NCBI GenBank assembly: GCA_001916965.1
Contig: MNTL01000004.1
Coordinates: 33,971-97,970 of the forward strand
DNA length: 64,000 bases
Direction: 5' to 3'
Source of the DNA: Roseburia sp. CAG:10041_57
GTDB lineage: Bacteria; Bacillota; Clostridia; Lachnospirales; Lachnospiraceae
Below the pieces are notes generated by a model. It saw only the letters and a program-made list of their open reading frames with translations. It was not told the origin of the DNA and did no database searches. Position 1 is the stretch's first letter, and each line of letters opens with the position of its first letter. Below are positions 43,723 through 53,900 of this stretch, one piece after another. Position numbers and translations under genes: made by a program.

Positions 43723-45855
43723 ATGAGCGTTGTTTTGATTATAATTATTAGTGCGCTGGTACAGTCTATTCTTACATGCATTGTAATTCGAAAAAAAAAC
43801 ATAAGAATCCGTATTTATATGGAAAATATTATACTTTTATGGATATCATTTGACTACTATATATTATCTGTAACGAAGTATTATTTAGGATATAAGTGGG
43901 AAAATTTGTTAGATAGCTTTTGGAATGCTCAAACAGTTACATTTATACACTATAGTATTCCTTTAATACTCTTTTCTGTCGGAATAAATCTTTTTCTTTT
44001 CTTCCTTAAGAGAGAGTTATTATGTAAAATATTAAAACTATATAGTGCAAGTTTATATATTTCATTTTTTTTCATGTACTTTATTACAAGAGAAGTATCT
44101 AACAGAGCTGTTACATATTGTCTTATTTTGCATATATGTCTTATGATTGTTTTGATTATTGCTACTTGGAGGCAACAAAGCATTAATGGTAAATTAGGCT
44201 TTGGGGAAAAGGCTCAAAAAATATTTTTCCCTATATGTACATGGCTAATGTTGTTTTCTATTAGTACGCCCGTAGAGCTGTATTTAAATAATTCAGATGA
44301 TTTTTCACTTTCTTTTTGGACATTCTTTCCTAAATTAGTAGTTGTAAGTATTGTTGTATTATGCCTTTTCGTGATTTTAGGCAGCAGATGTTTAACAGAT
44401 CAGTTAATCCCAATATTTAACACTGTTTTATTTGGGATGGTATTCATGGGCTATATACAGGGAATGTTCCTTAATGGAAAGATGAATCAGTTAGATGGGG
44501 TGGAACAGGACTGGAACAGAGGAACAGTTATTATAAATGTGAGTGTATGGCTTATATGCTTTATAGCTTTGTTTATAATATATAAAGTAAATAGTTCGAT
44601 ATTGTCAAAAGTTATTAAGTATGGATGCATATATTTAACTTTGATTCAGTTAGTTACAACAGCTTTTTCTATTGTAACATCACCTAATACAGCAGCTAAG
44701 CACGAATATGCGTTAACAACTGAGAATTTTTGCTCTATAGATCAAAATGATAATATAATTGTTTTTATATTAGATAAGTTTGATGGAAGAATTATTGATG
44801 AAATTAAAGAAGAGGATGAAGATTTCTTAGACCCTTTAATGGACTTTGTATATTTTCCTAATGCAACTAGTGAATATTGCCCGACGGAAAATAGTATTCC
44901 ATTTTTGTTGACTGGAACAAAGTGGAAACCTGATAGGACGGATAGATATACTACTTATGCGTATGATGAATCAGCTTTAGTAAATTGTTTATATGATAAT
45001 AATTATAAGCTGGATATTTATACAGATAATGTATATGTTGATGAGTCAATGGTTGATAAGATCTCTAATTTTCATTCAGATATTAAGAAAAACTGTAATG
45101 CATATGATTTATTCAGCATGATGAATATCTGGTCAAGATATAGGTTTGCTCCTTTTATTGTAAAAAATTATTATTTCTATTATACATATGAATTAGATAC
45201 TTTATTAACAGATGATTCTTTGTACAGCATTCATAATGACTGGAAGATTTATCAACAACTTACACAGGAAAAATTACATATTTCTGAAAACGGAGATAAA
45301 GGAACTTTTAAATTTATTCATATGAAGGGTGCACATCCCCCTTTTGTGTTATCAGAAGATCTTCATTATACTAAGTATGAAGATAGAAGAGCAGATGAAA
45401 TGGGAGATAAAATTTCACAGGCAAAAGGCAGTTTGAAGGTTGTTTATGAATATTTGTCGCAGTTAAAAGAAATTGGGAAGTATGATGACGCAACTATTAT
45501 AATTACAGCGGATCATGGAGTAACGCAACCATTGCATGATGAAAACGGAAACATGATAGATGTATCTTGCCCAGTTATGTATGTGAAAGATTCTGCTCAT
45601 AATTCTGTTGGAAAAGGAGAAGTATCAGAAGCACCTGTATGTCATGAGGATGTGATTTCTCTGATTACGAACAAGATAGAAAAGCAAAGTGTGAAAAAAT
45701 CCTTTTTTGATTATAATGAGAAGGATGAAAGAAATCGTGTAATGTACAGAATAGGAATTGATGATTATACAAAATACGGAATAAATGGTAATGCCAGAGA
45801 TTTAAGTAGCTGGAAAGTGTTGGAGTATGGGGCAAGGGTTGATACTCAGAAATAA
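43723..45855 (+). CDS. Membrane-anchored alkaline-phosphatase/sulfatase-fold (LTA-synthase-like) phosphotransferase
   Basis: About 9 N-terminal TMs, then FILDKF, CPTENS (Thr nucleophile position), HMKGAHPP and ITADHG. Confidence 0.75.
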   Translation: MSVVLIIIISALVQSILTCIVIRKKNIRIRIYMENIILLWISFDYYILSVTKYYLGYKWENLLDSFWNAQTVTFIHYSIPLILFSVGINLFLFFLKRELLCKILKLYSASLYISFFFMYFITREVSNRAVTYCLILHICLMIVLIIATWRQQSINGKLGFGEKAQKIFFPICTWLMLFSISTPVELYLNNSDDFSLSFWTFFPKLVVVSIVVLCLFVILGSRCLTDQLIPIFNTVLFGMVFMGYIQGMFLNGKMNQLDGVEQDWNRGTVIINVSVWLICFIALFIIYKVNSSILSKVIKYGCIYLTLIQLVTTAFSIVTSPNTAAKHEYALTTENFCSIDQNDNIIVFILDKFDGRIIDEIKEEDEDFLDPLMDFVYFPNATSEYCPTENSIPFLLTGTKWKPDRTDRYTTYAYDESALVNCLYDNNYKLDIYTDNVYVDESMVDKISNFHSDIKKNCNAYDLFSMMNIWSRYRFAPFIVKNYYFYYTYELDTLLTDDSLYSIHNDWKIYQQLTQEKLHISENGDKGTFKFIHMKGAHPPFVLSEDLHYTKYEDRRADEMGDKISQAKGSLKVVYEYLSQLKEIGKYDDATIIITADHGVTQPLHDENGNMIDVSCPVMYVKDSAHNSVGKGEVSEAPVCHEDVISLITNKIEKQSVKKSFFDYNEKDERNRVMYRIGIDDYTKYGINGNARDLSSWKVLEYGARVDTQK

Positions 45856-45891
45856 AAGGTATTTCTGTATGATACGAGGAAGGAAGAAATT

Positions 45892-47705
45892 ATGCAGGCA
45901 ATTATTTTAGCAGCAGGAATGGGAAAAAGATTAAAGGATCTTACAAGTGAGGCAACAAAATGTATGGTCAAGGTAAATGGCGTTGCCATGATCGATCGTA
46001 TGATGGGACATTTGGACAAGCTTGGTTTATCCAGAGTGGTAGTGGTAGTTGGTTACGAAGGTCAGAAACTGATGGATTATATTGATGCATTAGGTCTGAG
46101 AACTCCCATTGTTTACGTAAATAACGAGATCTACAACAAAACAAATAATATATATTCATTATATCTTGCAAAGGATTATCTTCTTCAGGAAGATACCATT
46201 CTTCTTGAGTCAGATCTGGTATTTGAGGAAGCAGTTCTGCAGAAACTGATAAATCATCCATATCCCAGCCTGGTTCTGGTCGATAAATTTGAAAGTTGGA
46301 TGGATGGTACTGTTGTAACGCTTGATGAGGATGATAACATTCAGGCGTTTGTATCTAAGAGAGAGTTTGATTTTAAACGAATTGATGAATATTATAAGAC
46401 TGTAAATATCTATAAATTCAGTAAGGAATTTTCAGAACTTTATTACGTGCCGTTTTTGGAGATTTACTGTAAGGCAATGGGAACTAATGAATACTATGAA
46501 CAGGTATTGAAGGTTATTACTTTCCTGGATGATCCTCATATTAAGGCAGTTCGTCTTGAGGGTGAGAAGTGGTATGAGATAGATGATGTGCAGGATCTGG
46601 ACATAGCAGAATCAATTTTTCAGAGGGAACAGAGAAATTACATAAATTTCAAAAAAGATATGGTGGTTATTGGCGCTATCCGAAGATGCTTGATTTCTGC
46701 TATCTGGTAAATCCGTATTTCCCTAATAAGAAGCTGATTGATGAAATGCAGGCTAACTTCCAGACATTGCTTACACAGTATCCCTCAGGTATGCATATCA
46801 ATTCTTTAATTGCTGCTAAGAACTTTGGCTTAAAAGAGCCACAGATTATTGTTGGTAATGGTGCTGCAGAATTAATTAAGAGCCTGATGGAAAAACTTAT
46901 CGGTAAAATCGGTGTACTTCATCCGTCTTTTGAAGAATATGCAAATAGAAGAAAGGCAGAGGATCTGGTGCCGTTTGTGTGCCAAAATCCTGATTATACC
47001 TATACTGCTGATGAATTAATGGAATTTTATGATAAGACGGATATAAAAAATTTACTTATCGTGAACCCTGACAATCCATCCGGTAATTATATTCCAAAGG
47101 CAGATGTAATTCGTCTGATCGCATGGGCAAAACAACGGAGTATTAAGCTTGTAATTGATGAATCTTTTGTAGATTTTGTAGATATGGAAGAAAATACAAC
47201 GTTATTGGAGCAGTCTTTATTGAACAGTAACCCTCATTTGTATGTGGTAAAGAGTATTTCCAAGTCCTATGGTGTTCCTGGACTTCGTCTTGGTATTCTG
47301 GCTTCAGGAGATGCAGAAGCCATTGCAACAATGAAGAAAGATGTAGCGATTTGGAATATTAATTCTTTTGCTGAATTTTATATGCAGATTTATGAGAAAT
47401 ACAAATCTGCTTATGCTGCAGGTCTTACAAGGTTTTATCAGACGAGAAAGAAGTTTATTGAGGATTTGGCAGAGATTTCTTTTTTACGTGTTATTCCATC
47501 TCAGGCTAATTATGTACTTTGTGAGATTACAAAAGATTACACATCAACCGGACTTACAACGATCCTTCTGGAAGATAATATTTTAATTAAGGATTTATCT
47601 ACCAAGAAAGGCTTTGAGGGAAAGCAGTATGTAAGGATCGCTGTGAGGGATGAAGAGGATAATCAAATGCTGATTTCCGCATTAAAAGCACTTTTACTTA
47701 AATAG
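45892..47705 (+). pseudogene. Fused LicC/PntC-like cytidylyltransferase and class I/II PLP enzyme (CobD/HisC-like), split by a 1-nt frameshift
   Basis: N-part: AIILAAGMGKRL, TNNIYSL, LESDL, WYEIDDVQDL. C-part: NPDNPSG, IDESF, KSISKSYGVPGLRLG. One extra T in the T5 run at 46616-46620 gives a continuous ...ESIFSEGTEKLHKFQKRYGGYWRYPKMLDFCY... Confidence 0.75.
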
Positions 47706-47714
47706 AGGTAGGAC

Positions 47715-49616
47715 ATGGAAGTTTTATATCAAGCATTAGAATGGATTATGAATGGCTGCTATGCCATATGTCATAATTATGGCATTGCAATTATTTTATT
47801 TACATTGATCAGTAAGATTATTTTGTTACCTGTTTCTATCTGGGTGCAGAAGAATTCTATTAAAATGGTAAAAATGCAGCCTGAGATTAATTTTTTGATG
47901 GCAAAGCATTTTGGGGATAAAGATACGATTGCAGAAGAACAGGCCAAGATCTACAAGCGTGAAAAATATCATCCGATGGCATCTATGATTCCGTTAGTGA
48001 TCCAGCTTTTATTATTAATGGGAGTAATTGAAGTCATCAAACGTGGTATGACAACAGATGGTATTTCCATGATGTTTCTGGGCATTGATCTGAGTCTTGT
48101 GCCTAGTCAGGATGGCATATCCCTTATTTGGTCTCCGATTATAGCGGGATTATCTGCATGGATCATGTGCGTAGCCCAAAATGCCAGCAATGTTTTACAG
48201 GCAGAACAGTCAAAATTGAATAAATATGGGATGATGGCCTTTTCGGTCGGATTATCATTATATCTTGGCTGGTTTGTAAGTATTGGTGTTGCACTGTATT
48301 GGGTGGCAAGTAATTTATTTGCTGTAGTGCAGTTATATTTGCTCAACTGGGCTATTAATCCGAAGAATTATGTGGATTATGAGGCTTTGGAAAAGAGCAA
48401 AAAGGAACTGGAAAAGCTTGGACAGATCGGAACTAAAAAGAGAAAATTCAATGATCCAGAATCGAAACGTGAAAGACAGGACTACAAGAAATTTTTCTCT
48501 GTCGTAAATAAGCATCTGGTATTTTACTCCGAGGGAAGCGGTTTCTATAAATACTATCAGGGAATGATCGAATATTTACTGGAAAAGACTAATTTGACCA
48601 TACACTATATTACAAGTGACCCTGATGATCAGGTTTTTGAAATTGCAAAGACTAATGACAAATTGAAACCATATTATATTGGAGAGAAACGTCTGATTAC
48701 TTTGATGATGAAGCTGGAGGCAGATGTCGTGGTCATGACAATGCCTGATCTGGAAAACTTCCACATCAAACGTAGTTATTTGCGGAAGGATATTGAATAT
48801 ATCTATGTACCTCATGGAATGGATAGTTTAAATCTGACTATGCGAACCGGATCTATGGATCACTATGATACAGTTTTCTGTGTAGGCAAGCATCAAAGAG
48901 AAGAGATTGAGAAAACAGAAGCTGCTTATGGATTGCCTAAGAAAAAACTCATTAACTGGGGCTACTCATTATTAGATTCTATGAGAGCGGATTATCAGAA
49001 CCTGGCTAAGACAGAGAGTACGGACAGAAAGAAGATTCTGATCGCACCATCCTGGCAGGAAGGAAATATAGTAGATAGTTGTCTGGAACAGATTCTGGAT
49101 GAATTAAAAGGACAGGGGTATATGATCACTGTCAGACCACATCCACAGCATGTTCGTCATAGAGCAGAGCTTATGGAGCAGTTAAAGACAAAATATGCAC
49201 AGAATCCTGATATTGAGATACAGACAGATTTTTCATCCAATAGTACTGTTTTTGAAGCAGATCTGATGATTACAGACTGGTCCGGTATTGCTTATGAATA
49301 TGCATATACCACGCAGAAGCCTGTATTGTTTATTAATACACCAATGAAAGTTATGAATCCCGAATATCAGAAGATTGATACAGTTCCGTTGAATATTCTG
49401 CTCCGTGAAGAAATTGGCTGTTCGGTCAATCTGGAAGATCTTAGCACATTGAAGGAAAAAGTACAGGATTTATTATCACAAAAAGAGCAGTATTACGACA
49501 AGATTGGAAATTTTGTTCAGGAGTATGTGTATAATCTGGGAACAAGTGCGGAAGTTGGAGCCAATTATATGATTTCTGCAATTCAAAAGAAAATAGATGA
49601 AAAAAAGAATAAGTAA
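47715..49616 (+). CDS. YidC/Oxa1 insertase domain fused to a TagF-like CDP-alcohol phosphotransferase domain
   Basis: N-part: YGIAIILFTLISKIILLP, QPEI, IYKREKYHP...PLVIQ, FLGIDLS, GVALYWVASNLF. C-part: YVPHG, GYSLLD, ILIAPSW, RPHPQ, ADLMITDWSGIAYEY, KPVLF. Confidence 0.85.
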   Translation: MEVLYQALEWIMNGCYAICHNYGIAIILFTLISKIILLPVSIWVQKNSIKMVKMQPEINFLMAKHFGDKDTIAEEQAKIYKREKYHPMASMIPLVIQLLLLMGVIEVIKRGMTTDGISMMFLGIDLSLVPSQDGISLIWSPIIAGLSAWIMCVAQNASNVLQAEQSKLNKYGMMAFSVGLSLYLGWFVSIGVALYWVASNLFAVVQLYLLNWAINPKNYVDYEALEKSKKELEKLGQIGTKKRKFNDPESKRERQDYKKFFSVVNKHLVFYSEGSGFYKYYQGMIEYLLEKTNLTIHYITSDPDDQVFEIAKTNDKLKPYYIGEKRLITLMMKLEADVVVMTMPDLENFHIKRSYLRKDIEYIYVPHGMDSLNLTMRTGSMDHYDTVFCVGKHQREEIEKTEAAYGLPKKKLINWGYSLLDSMRADYQNLAKTESTDRKKILIAPSWQEGNIVDSCLEQILDELKGQGYMITVRPHPQHVRHRAELMEQLKTKYAQNPDIEIQTDFSSNSTVFEADLMITDWSGIAYEYAYTTQKPVLFINTPMKVMNPEYQKIDTVPLNILLREEIGCSVNLEDLSTLKEKVQDLLSQKEQYYDKIGNFVQEYVYNLGTSAEVGANYMISAIQKKIDEKKNK

Positions 49617-49634
49617 GTTAGGAGAGAAATAATT

Positions 49635-49892
49635 ATGAAGAACGTATGGAAGATTTTTGGAATGGCTTATGTAGCTGTATGTGGTATGCTTTTATTCGGC
49701 GCAAATGCAAAAGCATATATTGATCCATCTGTAGCAACCTATGCAATTCAGGCAATCGCGGGTATTGTCATTGCAGTTGGTGCGGCAGTAGGAATATACT
49801 TCAGAAGAGCAAAGAAGAAGATCAATGAAAAACTTGGCGTAGATGAAAATAAGAATAAAGAAGTAGAATCTGATGACATTATTGTGAAATAA
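49635..49892 (+). CDS. Small secreted single-TM protein (signal peptide, YIDP, TM, basic tail)
   Basis: AGGAG RBS. 27-aa signal ending A-K-A, mature YIDPSVATYAIQAIAG, TM IVIAVGAAVGIYF, then RRAKKK. Confidence 0.8.
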   Translation: MKNVWKIFGMAYVAVCGMLLFGANAKAYIDPSVATYAIQAIAGIVIAVGAAVGIYFRRAKKKINEKLGVDENKNKEVESDDIIVK

Positions 49893-50364
49893 ATGGAAAA
49901 ACTACTTTTCCAATAATATTATCATAGGATATTATACCTATTTCAGAATATCGGCTGTCTGTGCTGTGTTCGTAATTGTCTCCTATGACAAAGTACTGCC
50001 CATTACTCATCTGTATTTTGTCTGTGGCAGTTCCAGAGTAGCTGATGTATGTATCAGGTTGTTGAAATGGACTTTCTATGTTATTTACATAGATAAGTCC
50101 ATTTTTTATTTGAACGGACTCATTTGGACAGGCGATGATTCGTTTGATACAAACAGAGTGGACGTTTGATGAGTAGAAAACGATAATATCACCATCCTGG
50201 AATGTCTTGTTATGTTTGTCAATGATAACAAGATGATTGGGTGTAAGAGTGGGAGACATAGATTCCCCTTGTACTAATGTGAATTGAAACCAGTAGGTGG
50301 ATATATAGCAGGTCAATATGAGAATAATCAAAATAGTTAGAATGGGTTTTAATTTGTTGATCAT
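49879..50364 (-). CDS. lepB: Signal peptidase I (S26)
   Basis: VQGESMSPTL (Ser), CIKRII (Lys), GDN...STDSR and an N-terminal TM. AGGAG RBS. Confidence 0.88.
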   Translation of the reverse strand: MINKLKPILTILIILILTCYISTYWFQFTLVQGESMSPTLTPNHLVIIDKHNKTFQDGDIIVFYSSNVHSVCIKRIIACPNESVQIKNGLIYVNNIESPFQQPDTYISYSGTATDKIQMSNGQYFVIGDNYEHSTDSRYSEIGIISYDNIIGKVVFPFISQ

Positions 50365-50777
50365 AAAGGACTCCTGATGTATGTATTTCTGATAGTTATT
50401 GTATCATAGAAAATAGATATAATAAAAATAATTTTGCAAATATATTATAACTAATGTTTACCGCCTTTATTTGATAAATACAGTATAGCACATCACAACA
50501 CATGGTTAATTTGTGTAAAATTATCAAGGTATTATAGGTGTTTTGCCCCCAACAGCTTTAACATATTGAATAAAATTTGTTTGCATTTATCATAATGCGT
50601 CATACAATGAACCAATTTAGGAATAAAAGTGATAATATATTGAAAAAAGTAAGAAAATGTCATATTATATAAATAAATATTTAGATAAAGTAATACCATA
50701 TTTTGTATTGTGGGCAAAACGGACAGTATTGTGAAGTCTGCAAAAGTTAGAAACAAAAATATATTATAGTAAATAAT

Positions 50778-50827
50778 GGATAATTTTTAGTTATCCGTTA
50801 TTTGTATAGATACAGGATAATTCTAAA
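50778..50827 (+). repeat. 50-bp inverted repeat, left copy; putative tyrosine-recombinase site
   Basis: GGATAATTTTTAGTTATCCGTTATTTGTATAGATACAGGATAATTCTAAA is the exact reverse complement of 56193-56242. Confidence 0.95.
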
Positions 50828-50908
50828 TTATCTAGTGAAAACATTATTGATATATAATAGTTGTCTATTATTCTGGTAATTACATTGTTAACAAAAAAGG
50901 TTAATAAA

Positions 50909-53900
50909 ATGAGTGAGAATCTTGATGCAAAAAAAAATTGGAAAAGCTTTGAAATATTAGCAGTAAAAATCGTAAAAATACAAATCGAGGGGATTCTAGA
51001 ATACGATAACTTGGAATTTCATGAGGATAGTGTTCCATTAACTCGGGATCATGGAATTGATGGACAATTACATATTACGTTAAGCGGGAATGATATTACA
51101 ATTACTGTGGAAGCCAAATTACGTTCAAAAGGTCCTTTGGGTTTAAAAGAATTTGCCTCATCTATCGTTAATTATTTTATTAATTTGAGTGATATTCATT
51201 TTGTTGTAACAAATGTGGAATTTTCCGAAGATGCACAAAATATATTAAAAAGTATTCAGAAAAAACGCGAAAAATATTGTTTGAATTATATAGATGGCTC
51301 TTTGATACAGCAAAGTATTAAAAAAATTAATTACAACGATTGTAATCACGATCAAAAAAAACAATTAGAGGAATTGGTTTCATATTTTTCAAAGCAGAAT
51401 TATTCACATACACTTCCTATACAATACCAAAACTTGGAAGGAAGAGTCAGAAAAATTTTTGCGGAAAATACTTACATTTTACCACAGCATATATCTGCGG
51501 AAAAAGAAATATGCAGTCTATTGAACCGTAATAATTGTTTTTTGATAGTTGAAGGGGACAGAGGAATTGGAAAAAGCTATGTGATTGATAGAGCACTAGC
51601 AAATTATAAAGAAAATTCATCCGTTATACCAATCGACTTAAGTTCTGATTGGTCACGTCAAACATTATTATTGGAGATTACAAAGGAATTATTGCAGCTA
51701 GATTTCTCAAAATTACTGGCGTTACTTTCTGAAGCCGATAAGAAAGATTTGAATAGACAAATATTAGAAAACGCAAATACAGAGGATGATTATCTAATAG
51801 CATTAAAGCAATTACTGTTTTTTGATGTCGATGAGAAAGTTCATTATAATTATTTGATTAGAACTTTCTTTGCAAATATATTAGAAAAAACAAACATTTC
51901 AATATTATTATATTTATATAATATTAATGAAGTTTCAATACAAGTAAGTAATTTTTTCCTTAATTTTCTTCCTGCAATAGCAGATAAAATAAAGACTATT
52001 ATTGAAGTGGATAACGTTCCACTTGTTCAATCTACAGAGGAATCCATAAACTTTGTACATTCACTGCGTCAATATTCGCAAGGAGGAATTTCAGCTACAA
52101 CATATTGGATGCATGAATGTAAAAAAGATGAGGTCTTAGAATATATTAAAAGAAATTTGCGCTTAAGCAGTTCACAGGATATTGCTAATTATATTTGTTA
52201 CAAATATGGATGCAATTTAATGGTTTTAGCAGACGTTCTCGATTATATCAATCAGAATGGAATAAAAACGCAAACAGAGATTGCAAGAATGCCACTAGTT
52301 CAATACGGTACATTTTCTAATTATCTCTTGGAACAATACTATCAGAAACTATCTGATAAACAGAAAAAAGCGTTTATTTGGAGTGCTGTCATTATAGAAT
52401 TATTAGATGGGCATTTGAATTATGAACTCCTTATAGAACTTGAGGGTGTACTGGATATTGATAATATAGCTAATTTACTCTTAGATACGCCTTTTTTTGA
52501 AGAAACTGGAGAGGCTATTGTTGTAAAAAATAGTACCTATAAAAATATATTAACTGCTTCTATACCTCAATTCGAAAAACTTAGAGTAATCAAATTTCTA
52601 TTAAAACATAAAACAAGTTGGGATTTGCCAGAAGTACAAATGCAATATAAAGAATGTTGCTTTAAATTAATTGCTAAGAAGGAAGTTGATATATTAGAAA
52701 TAAAGAACCTAATTACTACGCTTAGAGTACAAAACTTGACTAACCTCAAAAGTCATTTACTCTTTTTGTGCTATCAATATTTTGACAGCACAGAACCAGA
52801 AAGCAAAAGCACATTATTCTTTTTAGTAGAATATCTTGAAAGTATTACGGAAAAATTATTATATTGCAGAAAAGAAAATAACGAACTTTTGGAAAAAGCA
52901 AATAGTTTATGCAAAAATCAAATTGCTGCAATCAACAAAACCAATAATGATACAAGTGATATTTATGAATTACAAGTAAAAATCTATTTCCTTTATTATA
53001 ATCAGCAGAAAACTTTGTTTCGGTTTGACCTTGCAGAAGAGTTTATTGATAAAGGATTGCTTTTGGAACAGCATTGCCTCGATAAAGAATTAGTGGGAAA
53101 AATGTATTGGTGCAAGGGATTATGCTTAAAAGAACGAGGAATAAAACCCGGTTTTTTAGATTTTATGTTAAAAGGTATTAAAAAATATCCAGATGCAATG
53201 TACCTAAAAATATGTTATCTCTCCAATTATGCATCATCAAATTTTAAAACTGATCTGAATAAATCCTATAAGGCATTGGATGTTGGCATACGGTTGGCTC
53301 AAAAAGCTCAATTTATTGATTTAGAAGTGTGGCTAAGCAATAATCAAATCATATGTAATCTGACAAAGAAAGATTTTTCAGAAGCGTGCCTAAAACAAAT
53401 TATAGCCGTAAGAGAAAAGGCAGACAGATATGAATTACTCTCTGATATATCTCGAGCATATAATAATGAAGGTGTTTGGTACTTTGAAAACGGAAATATA
53501 TGCGAAGCTTTGGACTGTCTGCAGCATGCACTTAATATATTTGATGAATCAGTAACAGATCAACAGAAATTTCTTTTTAGAACAAACAAAATTGTTTTAC
53601 TTTGGAAAGAAAAAAAGAATATTAAAAATGATTTAAATATATTATATGATTGGCTAAAAGATAATTATCGGATTATGGAAAGTAAATTAAATAAAACTAG
53701 CAATTTAAAAAAAGAAAACAATTACGCTGCAATTTTATCACTTTACAAAGTTTCATGCATTACGGGTCAAAACTGGTTTGTCCAAAAATTGACAGAGTGG
53801 TTTAAATATCCTGCTTTTGATTCGATTAAAAATAATCCAATAAATGCGTTTGAGCCAGGCAAAGACATAATAGACAAAGCTTTTCTTGTAAAGAATGAGA

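Noticed and set aside
46686..47705. hisC or cobD in histidine or cobalamin biosynthesis
   Set aside because: It is the C-terminal half of a cytidylyltransferase fusion in a glycan locus, with no his or cob genes around.
49635..49892. Inovirus prophage major coat gene
   Set aside because: The topology is similar, but there is no Zot/pI ATPase, replication initiator or other filamentous phage gene nearby.
43791..50937. A9 tracts near the 5' ends of the sulfatase-fold gene (43791-43799) and the nuclease gene (50929-50937) as phase-variation switches
   Set aside because: Both genes are in frame, and A8/T8 runs are common in this AT-rich DNA. Read-level length variation would be needed.
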